A stretch of DNA of 64,000 bases from IMG/VR virus record IMGVR_UViG_3300047160_015936, positions 215-64,214 of that record; one strand, written 5' to 3'. The DNA is from a virus. Positions within the stretch are counted from its first letter, which is position 1. Each line of letters begins with the position of its first letter. This document shows positions 24,878 through 34,953 of the stretch, piece after piece. The notes beneath the pieces are model-generated. The model saw only the letters and a list, made by a program, of their open reading frames with translations, searched no databases and was not told where the DNA came from. Made by a program: the position numbers and the translations under genes.

Positions 24878-26622
24878 TAGAAGAGAGCGCAGTAACTATC
24901 ACGGGCAATGACGATAACGTTCGCTGCCGTGCCGTTCGTGACGTAAAACTGTAATGTTGTCGCTGTCGTTCCAGCGGTCTCGATTGAGCCGTCAATCTCG
25001 ACTTCTTTGACACCAGTGCCGACCGGAGTGAACGTCACAATAGCAGTCGGTGTCGTATTGGTGATGTTCCCGGAGTCGCCAGTCGTCTGCACTGCTGCTG
25101 CGCCTTCCGTAGTGACCACGTGTGCCCACGCGTGGAGATTCGTCGGCGAAGTCGTCAACGACGCGACGCCGAACTGGTCACTCGCCGACGGCGTCGCTTG
25201 AGAATACGTCCAACTGCAATGAAAACTCCAGTTCCGCGCGACAGTGCCGAGAGCATAGGACAAGCCGGTGATGACCTGTAACCCGCCAGCGTTCGCGTCC
25301 GTGAAGGGCGAGTTGAGAAAGACTTTGTTGCCGCTGGCGATGAAACCAGACGAGTTACCAACGGTGCCGTTGCCAACACCGACGGTATTCGTTCCCACAC
25401 GGGAGAAGTTGACATCGCGTGCTCCGGTGGAACTTGCGCTGGTACTGAATGCAATGTCTCCGCTAGTTGAAACCTCAAGATGAGGATTGAACATAGCGAC
25501 ATCAGCACCAGTTTGTAATACTCCAGTTTGAAATGTTGCACTAGCATCACCGATAGCATTACCTAAAATAACCGTTGTACTTGGTTTACTGAATACATAG
25601 TTTCCACCGATAGATATGTTCGAATGAGAAGAATCACCAATAATTATCGAATTATCCGCTGCGGGAGAAGTTGCATTCGCTCCGAGAACAATCGCACCAT
25701 TACGCGCAGCCGTGTCGATGTTCGAATTGTAACCAAGAATGACGTTTCCAGTTCCGGTGACACCACTTGTGTGTCCCGCCAGAGAACCAACGAAAGTATT
25801 TTGATTACCTGTTACAACAGCAGGAGTATTTCCTGCTGCTTGAAAGCCAACAAATGTGTTATCTGATAGTGCACCAGAGCCATTACAGCCTGACCCCTGG
25901 CCGATAAACGTATTATCTGTGCCAGTTATGCTTGTAGTTGATCCCGCAGAACATCCTGGCCCACCAAGCCCAACGGCAGCATCTTGCCCTATAAATGTAT
26001 TGAAAGAACCAGTTGTTACACCATTACCAGCATCTTTTCCAACAGCTGTATTCGCATGACCACTGGTTTCGTTAACGAGAGCTTGATGCCCAACAGCAGT
26101 ATTATCTGTACACTGAGGAGCACCTGCTGTACACGCTGCGGCAAAGGCATTAGCGCCAACTGCGGTGTTGTCAGAGCCGTTCGTCAGTGCACCGGCTTGC
26201 CAGCCGAAGAAACTGTTCAATGACGTAGTGCTGATTGTCGCTCCGGCAGAGTCGCCCACAACTGTATCTGCCTGTCCACTCGTTAATCCCGCTCCTGCTG
26301 CGTGACCGTAACACGAATCGCTCGATCCGCCGTTCGCGGCAATCGTCGCAGTGTTACAAGCGGCAATTCCGGCAGAAAGGTTGTTACTCCCACCCGCTGT
26401 TAATGTTAACCCGTTCGTTCCCGAAATGAGATTGTTCCACGTTCCTGACGGGTTACAAAAATACACCCCAATCGCGGTCGCGGTGCGGAAGTACACTTGT
26501 CCGATGTTGCACGTCGCGGGGAGAGACGCTCCTTGGTCGATTTGATTCCCAACGACGGAGGTTTGCGCCAGAGCCGGGAGGAACAACAACAGTAACAGAA
26601 GCGGAAGAAGAAGTTTTCTCAT
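24877..26622 (-). CDS. Tail fibre / adhesin-like protein with Sec signal peptide
   Basis: Start ATG 26622 MRKLLLPLLLLLLFLPALA|Q; LPATC..G..YF; many NTAVG/NTFVG repeats. Confidence 0.8.
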   Translation of the reverse strand: MRKLLLPLLLLLLFLPALAQTSVVGNQIDQGASLPATCNIGQVYFRTATAIGVYFCNPSGTWNNLISGTNGLTLTAGGSNNLSAGIAACNTATIAANGGSSDSCYGHAAGAGLTSGQADTVVGDSAGATISTTSLNSFFGWQAGALTNGSDNTAVGANAFAAACTAGAPQCTDNTAVGHQALVNETSGHANTAVGKDAGNGVTTGSFNTFIGQDAAVGLGGPGCSAGSTTSITGTDNTFIGQGSGCNGSGALSDNTFVGFQAAGNTPAVVTGNQNTFVGSLAGHTSGVTGTGNVILGYNSNIDTAARNGAIVLGANATSPAADNSIIIGDSSHSNISIGGNYVFSKPSTTVILGNAIGDASATFQTGVLQTGADVAMFNPHLEVSTSGDIAFSTSASSTGARDVNFSRVGTNTVGVGNGTVGNSSGFIASGNKVFLNSPFTDANAGGLQVITGLSYALGTVARNWSFHCSWTYSQATPSASDQFGVASLTTSPTNLHAWAHVVTTEGAAAVQTTGDSGNITNTTPTAIVTFTPVGTGVKEVEIDGSIETAGTTATTLQFYVTNGTAANVIVIARDSYCALF

Positions 26623-27014
26623 ACCAAAATCTTTCCCGTGATGGTCGGTGAGCCGGAGTTGACGACAGCGGCGGAGACGTTGAGACGATAGTAACGAAAG
26701 GGTTTGTTGACGACGGAACGGGCTTCGCCGGAAACGTTTGTCGAAGTGTCCAACGTGTACCAATTGACGGTGTCGTTCGAACCTTCGAGGTTGATTGTGA
26801 ATGACGTGTATGAGCCGGTTCCACCGATGAGAACTTCCCACGTCAAATTTGGGTTAATGCGGAAAGTCGCAAAATCCGCAAGAACACCTACGGCGTCTCC
26901 CGGACCAGTCGTCGCGCCGGAGCCGTTATTTCCCGGTACTTGTCCGAAGTCGCCTAACGCGCCGATAGAGATAAACGCGCGTCCTCGTTCGTTGCCATAA
27001 ATTCTAAAAGCCAT
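26619..27014 (-). CDS. Beta-sandwich virion protein
   Basis: LEGSND..NW...FRYYRL. Confidence 0.65.
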   Translation of the reverse strand: MAFRIYGNERGRAFISIGALGDFGQVPGNNGSGATTGPGDAVGVLADFATFRINPNLTWEVLIGGTGSYTSFTINLEGSNDTVNWYTLDTSTNVSGEARSVVNKPFRYYRLNVSAAVVNSGSPTITGKILV

Positions 27015-27029
27015 AATGATTTTCTCCTA

Positions 27030-27230
27030 CTACGGTCTCTTCGCGTGAATGAGCCACGCAATCCCGGCGGTCCACAACGCCGACAACACCGCCATGACTC
27101 CTTTGCCGATGTTAAAGTGTTTTTCGTGCCGTGAGACCAGCTTCGCCAATGGGAACAAAACGTTCTTTTGCTGTGTCTCGATTCGGGTGAGGCGTTCAAT
27201 GACTTCGCGTTCAAATCCCGGAGTGGACAT
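27030..27230 (-). CDS. Coiled-coil plus C-terminal TM protein
   Basis: ERLTRIETQ...; single TM helix. Confidence 0.65.
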   Translation of the reverse strand: MSTPGFEREVIERLTRIETQQKNVLFPLAKLVSRHEKHFNIGKGVMAVLSALWTAGIAWLIHAKRP

Positions 27231-27234
27231 AAGA

Positions 27235-28929
27235 TTAATTACTCGGCATCAAGGTAAAAACCATCGTTGGCAGAAACGTTGCGCTGGTGTTCGTTATCTG
27301 CACGCTATCGGCCCCATTCGAGGTCTTATATTGCAGGTTGATAGTGTGCGAGGCTCCGTCCCCGGCAACCACCCAATTTAAAGCAAAGAACTGGGTGACC
27401 CCGGCGGCTTGGGGCAGAAAGTTGCCCTCCACGAGAATTCCAGAGTTGTCTGAGGTTCCATCTGCCAGTGCCACGTTAGCGGCGATTGCTGCGGTAAGTG
27501 TCGTGATGTTACCGGAAGCAGTGACAGCCAGCTTCCATCCGGTCGGGACCGTAACCGTAAAAGCTAAATTTGTCGAGTCTACACGAACATAGGTGGTTGA
27601 GGCTGAGGAGTAATTGACTCCGCCGGAACCTTTCTTCAACGTCAATCCCATGAATGCGGTCGGACTGGGGAACTTATCAGAGATGTTTGTGGTGCCCCCT
27701 GCTAATGCAATCTGAGTGTTACTCATTATGAGCGGAACTTGCGATGTCACCTTTGTCGGATTCATGGTGAATGAGTTTCCGCCAGAACCCACAATGATAA
27801 ATGCACTATCTGACGCCGTATCAAGTGTCCATTCGAATATTCCGTGTGCACCGACCGCTGCGCTGATAAGACTATTTGCAGAACTGGCATTGAGAACGAT
27901 GTTGCCGCCGTTAGTTGCAATTGTTGTGTTGCCAGAACCAATAATGACTCCAGCAGAGCCGCCAACCGTTACCACATCATTTCCCCCGCCGATGCTGAGA
28001 CCATTCACGTCAAGAGTGTTTAGATTATTTCGAAAGTTGAAGGCATCAGGGTGTGCAAGCCGGATAGCACCGGCAGAAGCAGGATTGGCGGTGTTGGAGA
28101 TGAGAGGGGTGCCTGTGCCGGTCGAAGTGCAATTGCTCCAAAACGGGGCTCCGCCGTTGGTGGAGCAAAGGGCAAGTGTACCACCGCCGCCTGTGGTTGT
28201 GGTTGTCATCACCGAGCCGGTGGAGTAGGCAACTCCGTTTGTATTCGCCGAGGTGCTTGTGAGAATAGTTCCGTTGGAGTAAATCGGAGCGCCGACGACG
28301 TAATTGTTTGTATTTCCGGTTCCGCCGTTGCCAAGTCCTAATACACCGGTGAAGGTCGTTGTGTTAAGGTTGAAGCCGTTTCCGCCAGTGACGTTCAGCG
28401 ATGTGCCTGCTTGCTGAACGATGGTTTGGTTCACTCCCGCGCCAGGATTCATCGCGACGAAGAAGTTGATGGGAGAAGGGACAGGGGGAGATGCTAGCGG
28501 GGTGGCGGTGTTGAAGTTGAACGAGCCTCCGACCGGAGCACCACAAGTACTTGGCGTGCCGCAGATTTGAAAATTCTGGCTGGTCTGCATTTTTCCGTTG
28601 GTCCAGAATTCCAAAGTGTAATATGTGTTCGCCGGGGAGATGACGTCGTTGCCGCACAGCGTCGTTGAAATCGCGCCGGAGCCGTTCGGAGAGACGTCTT
28701 TTTGCGTCGAGACAAAGACAGTCCCGGCACAGACACCGGAACCAGCGCCGTTTGTTCGAGGCGCAAAGCCGGAAAAGTTACGAAGCCGAAAGCGGACGAA
28801 CGCGGTGGAGTTTGTCGGGGTAAGGTTCCCGCCGAGGATGTCTTCAACATTCCCCGTCACTGTTGTCTGCGCGAAAACCGGAAGAGACGACAGGAATAGC
28901 GTTGTAGCTATGATTAGTTTTTTCATCAT
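27235..28929 (-). CDS. Tail/receptor-binding protein with Sec signal peptide
   Basis: MMKKLIIATTLFLSSLPVFA|Q; Ig-like N-domain with ND.ISP.NTYY; Gly/Thr/Asn-rich. Confidence 0.75.
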   Translation of the reverse strand: MMKKLIIATTLFLSSLPVFAQTTVTGNVEDILGGNLTPTNSTAFVRFRLRNFSGFAPRTNGAGSGVCAGTVFVSTQKDVSPNGSGAISTTLCGNDVISPANTYYTLEFWTNGKMQTSQNFQICGTPSTCGAPVGGSFNFNTATPLASPPVPSPINFFVAMNPGAGVNQTIVQQAGTSLNVTGGNGFNLNTTTFTGVLGLGNGGTGNTNNYVVGAPIYSNGTILTSTSANTNGVAYSTGSVMTTTTTGGGGTLALCSTNGGAPFWSNCTSTGTGTPLISNTANPASAGAIRLAHPDAFNFRNNLNTLDVNGLSIGGGNDVVTVGGSAGVIIGSGNTTIATNGGNIVLNASSANSLISAAVGAHGIFEWTLDTASDSAFIIVGSGGNSFTMNPTKVTSQVPLIMSNTQIALAGGTTNISDKFPSPTAFMGLTLKKGSGGVNYSSASTTYVRVDSTNLAFTVTVPTGWKLAVTASGNITTLTAAIAANVALADGTSDNSGILVEGNFLPQAAGVTQFFALNWVVAGDGASHTINLQYKTSNGADSVQITNTSATFLPTMVFTLMPSN

Positions 28930-28954
28930 ATCTCTCTGCAAAGTCTATTTTAAC

Positions 28955-29548
28955 TCATTCGGAGAGGTCGTTGCCACGAGGGGAACGTGAGGACGTGAGA
29001 GAAGGGAAAGGAGTCTCATTTCCGAGCGGCTGGATAGTCTGGTCTCCATATAAGAACACGATTCCGGGAGACTTTTCGGAGAAGTATCCGTCGTAACCGA
29101 TGTCGCGGACGGTGTGTTCGGTTTCGTTAATCGCCGCACGAGCGTCTCCGGAATATTGTTCCATCGCGGCTTCGAACGTGCGTTGCCAGATTGGCGACTC
29201 GACGGCGAGCAGAGACTTGTCTCCGACGACGCGGTATTCGTTCTTTCGTGACGCTATTTGTGGTTCGGCGACGGAGCCTTCACGGTAGACGTACACTCCC
29301 GGCGCGGCTCCACGACCGGCGTTAAACCGAGCGGCTTCTGCACCGACGCCGGAAGCGCCCCGGCGGGTTCCGGAGAGCACTCCGGAGGTTATTTTGGCGT
29401 CGGAAAAGTGTCTCCCGGCGAAGGGTTGTTTCTCCAGAGGGTCTCCGGAACCGATGGGCGGTAAGGCATCGACCTGAAACCCTTGAGGTTCCATTTCTTC
29501 CTGAAAACCCTGTGGTTGTGTCTCGGGAGATTCTGTCGGCGTTGCCAT
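28955..29548 (-). CDS. Hypothetical protein, possibly ADP-ribosyltransferase-like polyvalent domain
   Basis: GRHFS...GVGAEAAR...VYVY....EP...GYDGY. Confidence 0.55.
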   Translation of the reverse strand: MATPTESPETQPQGFQEEMEPQGFQVDALPPIGSGDPLEKQPFAGRHFSDAKITSGVLSGTRRGASGVGAEAARFNAGRGAAPGVYVYREGSVAEPQIASRKNEYRVVGDKSLLAVESPIWQRTFEAAMEQYSGDARAAINETEHTVRDIGYDGYFSEKSPGIVFLYGDQTIQPLGNETPFPSLTSSRSPRGNDLSE

Positions 29549-32142
29549 TATTTTACATCTCCCAGAATCTCCGCAACAGACGCGTGAGTCATTTGCGAAC
29601 GTGGGACTTGCCCGACACGTCCGTCACGCAGCCGCACCCTCACCATCTTCTCCGGCGTCGCGACGGCTTTTTGAATCGCCGACGGGACAGTCGAGGTCGG
29701 TGCTGGCGTATGTGGCTGTGCCTGTTTCGCGAGAGAATAATCAAACACGGCATCTCCGCCTGTGCCTGAACCGGCTTTACGTGCCCGCGCGTAACCTTCT
29801 TCGGCAACGGATTGCGGGACGGAGAGTTTATACACTTTCCCGCCCGGTCCGGCATAGCTCTGCGCGCGGTCGGGTTTGTCGCTGAAGAATGTCGGGTCTT
29901 GACCGCCGCCGCCGGGAGCGCCTTCACCGCGATAGAAATCTTTCATCGGTTCCGCCGGAGGAGAAGAAGGCGGAGGAACTTGAACTTGATTCGGTCCAAG
30001 AGTAGTTTGAGCTGGAGATTCTGTCGCGAACGTCGCTCCGGGAGTCGTACGATTAACACCAGCATTTACGGCGGCTTGGATTTGTGACGGCACCGCCGAG
30101 GGAGTCGCCGGAGGTTGCGGCAAAAGCCCCTCGCTGCCGAACGGGATTGCCGGAGCCGGAGGAGACACCACGGCGGGGCGACCGGACGAGGGCATCTCGC
30201 CGCCCAGAGGCGCGGGCGTCGGCGTTTGTGGTAACGGTTGGGTTAATGATGCTTGTGACGGAGGACCGCCGTAGGGCGGCATCGACGGCGGTGTCGCGGC
30301 TTCTGGAGCTGTTCCGGTGCCGGGCCGGAGCGCCGAAGGAGATGCTGTCGGAGTCGGCGGGACAAGCGACTCCAGCGTCTCCGGCGGAACAGCAGGAGCC
30401 GGGGATTTCGTCGCGGGATCGACCGGACGCGCGGAATAAGGATCAACCGATGGGGTTTCGCCGCCAAACGACGGCATAGGCGGGATATTCGCGATATCTT
30501 CCGGTGACATCCCCAGACGCCGGGAGGCAATTTTAAACGACGCGGTATCGTTTCCCAAACCCTTAAACGCGGTTTCGATCCTCTCCGCCAGTCCCGGACG
30601 TCCAAGAACATTCTTCATCCCGGCACGGAAAGGCGACGTCGCAAGATCAACGCCTTGACCGACTTTTGCGCCAACCTGCCGCATCGGCGTACTCCCGGCG
30701 GCAAGATCACTTTGTGCTCGAATATTTCGGGGGGTTTTGCTGAGCTTCCCGGAGTCTTCTAAAAGGTCTCCGTGGATGGATTTCATCTGACGGATTTCTG
30801 ACGGTTTGATGTCATGGGCTTCGGCGAGAGAGTCATAAAACGAATTCCTCACCTGTTTGCCCCATTTTTGCAAAGCAGTCTTCTCGGGACTCGAATACGT
30901 GGTGTCTTCGTAGAGACGGTTTAGCTCGCCACGGATAGAGTCAACGTCACCAACCGTTGTGGTGTTATCTCGAATTCGTTTCGCCATTCCGGGATCGGAA
31001 TTGTCCCATGCGCTTGCGATTTTCTCTCGCATTCCCGGAGCAAGATCAGGAGTTTTCAATGGCTGCTGCCGGACAGGATCGACAAGACCGTTATGCTGCG
31101 TTTGTAGATTCTTCTTCGCCGCATCGACGACTTTGTCAACGTTTCCAGCGGCTTCGGGGTTATTGCGTGAGAAATCAGCATCGGAGAGTCCCATCTCCTT
31201 TGCTGTTCCGCGCATATGCGCGACGGTTTCGTTCGTCATCGAACTTCCGGGAAATGCCGACCTCATCGCGGCGTTTGTATCTGCCGCTCGCGGAAGGACT
31301 TTCATGACTCCACCAGTGACGACGCGAACCGGTGCGCCTAACGGTCGAAGTGCGCTTCCCTTGGGTAATCCCGACGCGAGTAACGACACGTTCGTCGCAC
31401 CGCCAGCGATGGCTTCGGCGTTGTTGCCTTTCTCGGCGGCTTCGCGTGATTGTTGCGCCATCGGACCAGCCACGGGAACACCTTCCGAAGCGCGTTGGAT
31501 GATTTCCGGGATAGACTTTCCCTGTTCGGCGGCTTCCTTAGCGTTGGCATATCCTTGTGCGATAGGATCATATGTTAACGCTTTCCCGGCGGTGATTCCC
31601 GACACGGATTTGCCAATATCTAATCCTTCACGTTTGGAGATATCTTGTAACTGTTTTTGCTTTTCGTCCCACGAAAGATTCCGATCTGTCAAAGTTTTGT
31701 ACCCTTCCGCCGTACCTTCCACGACGGGCTTCACCGGAGACAACGCGTATGCTGCTTTGGGAATACCCAAAAGTGTCTTTCCGACTCCTTTTGCCGCGTT
31801 CACCGGAGTGTTCCAATCCGGGGTGAATTGTTCAATCATCGCGTCGGTTTGGGTTCGGGGGGAGACGGGTTTTGCTCCGGCGGGAGGACGAAATGCCGGT
31901 CCCACGTCGGCAGGATCATACGAAAGAGACGCACGAGGGGAAGGAGACGACGAAGACGCTGTCCCGGTGATTCTTGTAGAAAAAGTCCGTAAATCCTCGT
32001 CGGAGAGAGAGGAGAATCTCGTGTCGCCGGTTACGCGAGCGAGTGCCTCACGTTTATCGCTTGGCGACAACGAGGTAAATTGAGGATCGGTGAGGAGTCC
32101 TTTAAGATCGGGTTTACGGGTTTGTGCCTTGGCCGCCGCCAT
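29548..32142 (-). CDS. Large internal virion / DNA ejection protein
   Basis: 864 aa, Ala/Gly/Pro-rich, third gene of the ejection cluster. Confidence 0.7.
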   Translation of the reverse strand: MAAAKAQTRKPDLKGLLTDPQFTSLSPSDKREALARVTGDTRFSSLSDEDLRTFSTRITGTASSSSPSPRASLSYDPADVGPAFRPPAGAKPVSPRTQTDAMIEQFTPDWNTPVNAAKGVGKTLLGIPKAAYALSPVKPVVEGTAEGYKTLTDRNLSWDEKQKQLQDISKREGLDIGKSVSGITAGKALTYDPIAQGYANAKEAAEQGKSIPEIIQRASEGVPVAGPMAQQSREAAEKGNNAEAIAGGATNVSLLASGLPKGSALRPLGAPVRVVTGGVMKVLPRAADTNAAMRSAFPGSSMTNETVAHMRGTAKEMGLSDADFSRNNPEAAGNVDKVVDAAKKNLQTQHNGLVDPVRQQPLKTPDLAPGMREKIASAWDNSDPGMAKRIRDNTTTVGDVDSIRGELNRLYEDTTYSSPEKTALQKWGKQVRNSFYDSLAEAHDIKPSEIRQMKSIHGDLLEDSGKLSKTPRNIRAQSDLAAGSTPMRQVGAKVGQGVDLATSPFRAGMKNVLGRPGLAERIETAFKGLGNDTASFKIASRRLGMSPEDIANIPPMPSFGGETPSVDPYSARPVDPATKSPAPAVPPETLESLVPPTPTASPSALRPGTGTAPEAATPPSMPPYGGPPSQASLTQPLPQTPTPAPLGGEMPSSGRPAVVSPPAPAIPFGSEGLLPQPPATPSAVPSQIQAAVNAGVNRTTPGATFATESPAQTTLGPNQVQVPPPSSPPAEPMKDFYRGEGAPGGGGQDPTFFSDKPDRAQSYAGPGGKVYKLSVPQSVAEEGYARARKAGSGTGGDAVFDYSLAKQAQPHTPAPTSTVPSAIQKAVATPEKMVRVRLRDGRVGQVPRSQMTHASVAEILGDVK

Positions 32143-33628
32143 GTTTTTTCACGAGATCGTCGATAAGTGAGTTACCGGAAGAAGCCGGAGAGGATTTCTG
32201 ACGTTTATCCGGAACGACACCACGTCCTTGGCCTTGTCCCGGCATGGCTCCGGCTTTGCGCATCACCTCAACCGCATCGGAGTCGGCGTCGATTCCCGCG
32301 AGAAGCGCGTTGACGTTACGTCCAAAAGCCGAGCCGCCGGAGAGAATCTTCTGAAAATGCTGCGAGGCGTTATAAGAACGGAACTGGTGAACTCCGGCGT
32401 TAGCCGCCGCCGATGAACCCAGATACGTTTCGAATGCCGCCGCATCAGGGCCAAGAGTTCCGATGAAGTCTTCCAACGACGTAATCTGCCCGGCTCCGGG
32501 ACCGAACAGCTCGGGGTGCTTCTGAACAATCGCTTTCATCGCCGCGTTGGAGTTTTGCACCATCGACGCAAGATCGGAACGGGTACGCTGAGTCCCCGTA
32601 GGCTTATACGCCTGAATCATCTTCATTCCCATCGGGTCGTTCGGGTCCACACCGGGAAGAGACGTCCCTTGCGCGTCAACGCCAAAATAATCCCCGAGAT
32701 ATTTGTTCATGTCTACGTTCGCGATTTGCGACAACGCTCCCGCGCGAGACATCGCGGCACGAGCGTTTGTGTGAGCGTCTTGGAGTTTGCCCCAAGCGGC
32801 ACGGCCAGCCGGGGTTGCGACGTCGGCGTTGAGCGCGTCGAGACGGGCTTTGTTGAGACCTTGTTGAATTTGCAAAAGCTGCGCTTTGTACTGAGACGGA
32901 ATGCTCAAAGACTCCAACGGTAATGGCTTTCCGTTCGGGCCGTAACCTGCTCGTAAATTCTGCGCGCCAATCTGCTCCTCGGTCTTCTTAAGTCCCACGT
33001 CGGTCGCGTAGCGCCTGTTCTCATTCGCGCGTTCCTGATTCTGTAACTGTCCCTGACGCCAAGTTTCGTTCGCCTCGATTTGTGCCTTACGCAACTCTGT
33101 CTCCGCCGCCATACGCGGACCGAATTCGCTTCGTTGCTCCGCAAGCTGTTGCTGCTCCGGCGTACCCGCAGCACCCGCCAGAGCATTCCCAACCCCGCCG
33201 ATGAGACGCAAAAACGATCCCACACGGTCTTTCGCCGTCGGTTGAGGCTGTGCAAGATTCTCGGGAATCATCTCTCCGGGTTTGATCTGGCCGGGAGCAG
33301 GACGAGGAGACGTGAAGCCAAGGGCGTCAGTGAGTCCCCGAAGGACGCCGGGGACGTGAGAAGTCGGCGCGGCATACGCGGGCATTGACGGCGAAGACGT
33401 ATTCAACGCCGCTGTGACTTGGTCAGACTGCGCCTTGGCGGCGTCGGGAGCCGAAGTCGCTTCCGGGGTTGGGGGACCGGGAGGGACTGTCGGCGCGGTC
33501 GGCATTGACGTTTGTCCCGGTTGCGGGATAATCGCCGGAGGTTTCGCGATGTCCGGCGAGGGAACTTGCATCGGTGCCGGAGTTGCTGCTACCGGAGTCT
33601 TCGAAGTCTTTGTCGTCTTAGAAGCCAA
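32114..33628 (-). CDS. Internal virion / ejection protein
   Basis: 504 aa, Ala/Gln-rich helical. Confidence 0.7.
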   Translation of the reverse strand: MASKTTKTSKTPVAATPAPMQVPSPDIAKPPAIIPQPGQTSMPTAPTVPPGPPTPEATSAPDAAKAQSDQVTAALNTSSPSMPAYAAPTSHVPGVLRGLTDALGFTSPRPAPGQIKPGEMIPENLAQPQPTAKDRVGSFLRLIGGVGNALAGAAGTPEQQQLAEQRSEFGPRMAAETELRKAQIEANETWRQGQLQNQERANENRRYATDVGLKKTEEQIGAQNLRAGYGPNGKPLPLESLSIPSQYKAQLLQIQQGLNKARLDALNADVATPAGRAAWGKLQDAHTNARAAMSRAGALSQIANVDMNKYLGDYFGVDAQGTSLPGVDPNDPMGMKMIQAYKPTGTQRTRSDLASMVQNSNAAMKAIVQKHPELFGPGAGQITSLEDFIGTLGPDAAAFETYLGSSAAANAGVHQFRSYNASQHFQKILSGGSAFGRNVNALLAGIDADSDAVEVMRKAGAMPGQGQGRGVVPDKRQKSSPASSGNSLIDDLVKKHGGGQGTNP

Positions 33629-34466
33629 AACTCACCTCGCGGACCGCACGAGAGAAGAGATATTCGAAAAGAGGCCGGAAAGGCGCAGAGAAGTGCATCG
33701 CGACGCGTTCACCGAAACGGCGGTAGAGCCGCATCGCCCAAGTGTCGCCATACTCGCGATTCAACCACGCGCGAAGAAGGTTCGTTTTGAGACTGTGCTC
33801 GCCAAAGAGACTCGCGGCAATCCAGCAAGCCATGTATTTCGCTTGTGCCGCTGCGTTACCAATCATCCCAAGTCCGGTTCCGACGTCGCCGAGCGTGCTC
33901 CCGAGTCCCCGTTGCACTCCAGCAATATTTGAAGTCCCGAGATTCGCGCGGGTAGGATCGTAAACTCCTTCTTGTCCCATCGCGAGGTTCGCCGCCGCAA
34001 GTTGCCGCTGATAATCCTGCGCCATTGCATTAGCATAAGCATCGCTTTCGTCTCTTGCCTGTCCAACGTTAAGCGCGTTCTGTCCCACGAGTCCAAACCC
34101 GCTCGGCGCAGAAGTCCATCCACGAAGACCGATTTGTTTGTTCGCAACGTTACGCAAAGCGCCGTACGTGTCTCCAATGTTACGAATATTCGCCCCGTAA
34201 GTTGCCTCGCTGTACGGAGACAGTTTTCCCGGCGCTTGTCCAAGTTGGCTTTTGACAAATGGGTTGATGATGTTGTACTGTTCATCCTGCCGCGCCTTGG
34301 CGTCTTTTGCAACCTGTAACTGCGCATTCAACGCCGCTTGATTCTCCCCACGGCCTTTTTTCAGCTCCATCACCGGTCCGTCGTACACGTAACCCTGAGA
34401 CGCGAAAACGCCTTCGCAAAAGTCGTCAATCGTTGACGTAATCCGGGTGTAAATGTACGTAGTCAT
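33618..34466 (-). CDS. Ejection/pilot protein with CFI-box-CTERM-like tail
   Basis: N-terminal IYTR...Y.YDGPV.ELKKG; C-terminal CWIAASLFG...LR.WL...LY..FGE. Confidence 0.7.
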   Translation of the reverse strand: MTTYIYTRITSTIDDFCEGVFASQGYVYDGPVMELKKGRGENQAALNAQLQVAKDAKARQDEQYNIINPFVKSQLGQAPGKLSPYSEATYGANIRNIGDTYGALRNVANKQIGLRGWTSAPSGFGLVGQNALNVGQARDESDAYANAMAQDYQRQLAAANLAMGQEGVYDPTRANLGTSNIAGVQRGLGSTLGDVGTGLGMIGNAAAQAKYMACWIAASLFGEHSLKTNLLRAWLNREYGDTWAMRLYRRFGERVAMHFSAPFRPLFEYLFSRAVREVSFGF

Positions 34467-34496
34467 GTCGTTTTCTCTCTTTTTCTATTATATCTT

Positions 34497-34952
34497 TTAG
34501 CTAACCTGCTTGTCTTCCGGGTTACCTTCCGGCAAAAGCGGACGACGAAAGACGGTGCAATTTTCCGCCGTGATGACATACCCGCAACGCCGGACAATGC
34601 TTTGATACTCTGTCATATGATTTGGAACGGCGATATACGCCTCGACCGCGCCTTGCGTCTGGCCAATGTACGAAAGCAGAGCCTCTAGTTTAAAAAGTCC
34701 TTGTAATACTTCCTGCGGGTTAGCATCTGGCGCGATAAGTAATGGATCGAGAGAAATAACATACCTTGCGGTGAGGGAACACACGTCTTTACCTGCGTTC
34801 GTCGCAATCGCGGTTTCGGTGTTGAGATTGCGGTAACCGTGAGGCGTTTCCAGAGAAATTCCTTCTCTCTCCTCGTGTTTCTTCTTCCACTCATCCAACC
34901 GCTGACGGTCTTGCCGTCCCGGATCATACGGACGTACTCTCACGTCTTTCAT
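34497..34952 (-). CDS. GNAT-fold acetyltransferase-like protein
   Basis: VRVRPY...GA.EAY...IVRRCGY; position before the pilot protein. Confidence 0.55.
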   Translation of the reverse strand: MKDVRVRPYDPGRQDRQRLDEWKKKHEEREGISLETPHGYRNLNTETAIATNAGKDVCSLTARYVISLDPLLIAPDANPQEVLQGLFKLEALLSYIGQTQGAVEAYIAVPNHMTEYQSIVRRCGYVITAENCTVFRRPLLPEGNPEDKQVS

Positions 34953-34953
34953 C

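Noticed and set aside
26623-26841. N-terminal extension of the tail fibre given by the ORF track
   Set aside because: It overlaps gene 26619-27014; the ATG at 26622 gives ATGA coupling and a signal peptide.
30959-32083. 374-aa plus-strand ORF (and similar ones at 8058-8981, 9246-9998, 16202-17047, 43273-44022)
   Set aside because: Antisense shadows of real genes with no motifs, SD or promoter, unlike the 51164 HNH.
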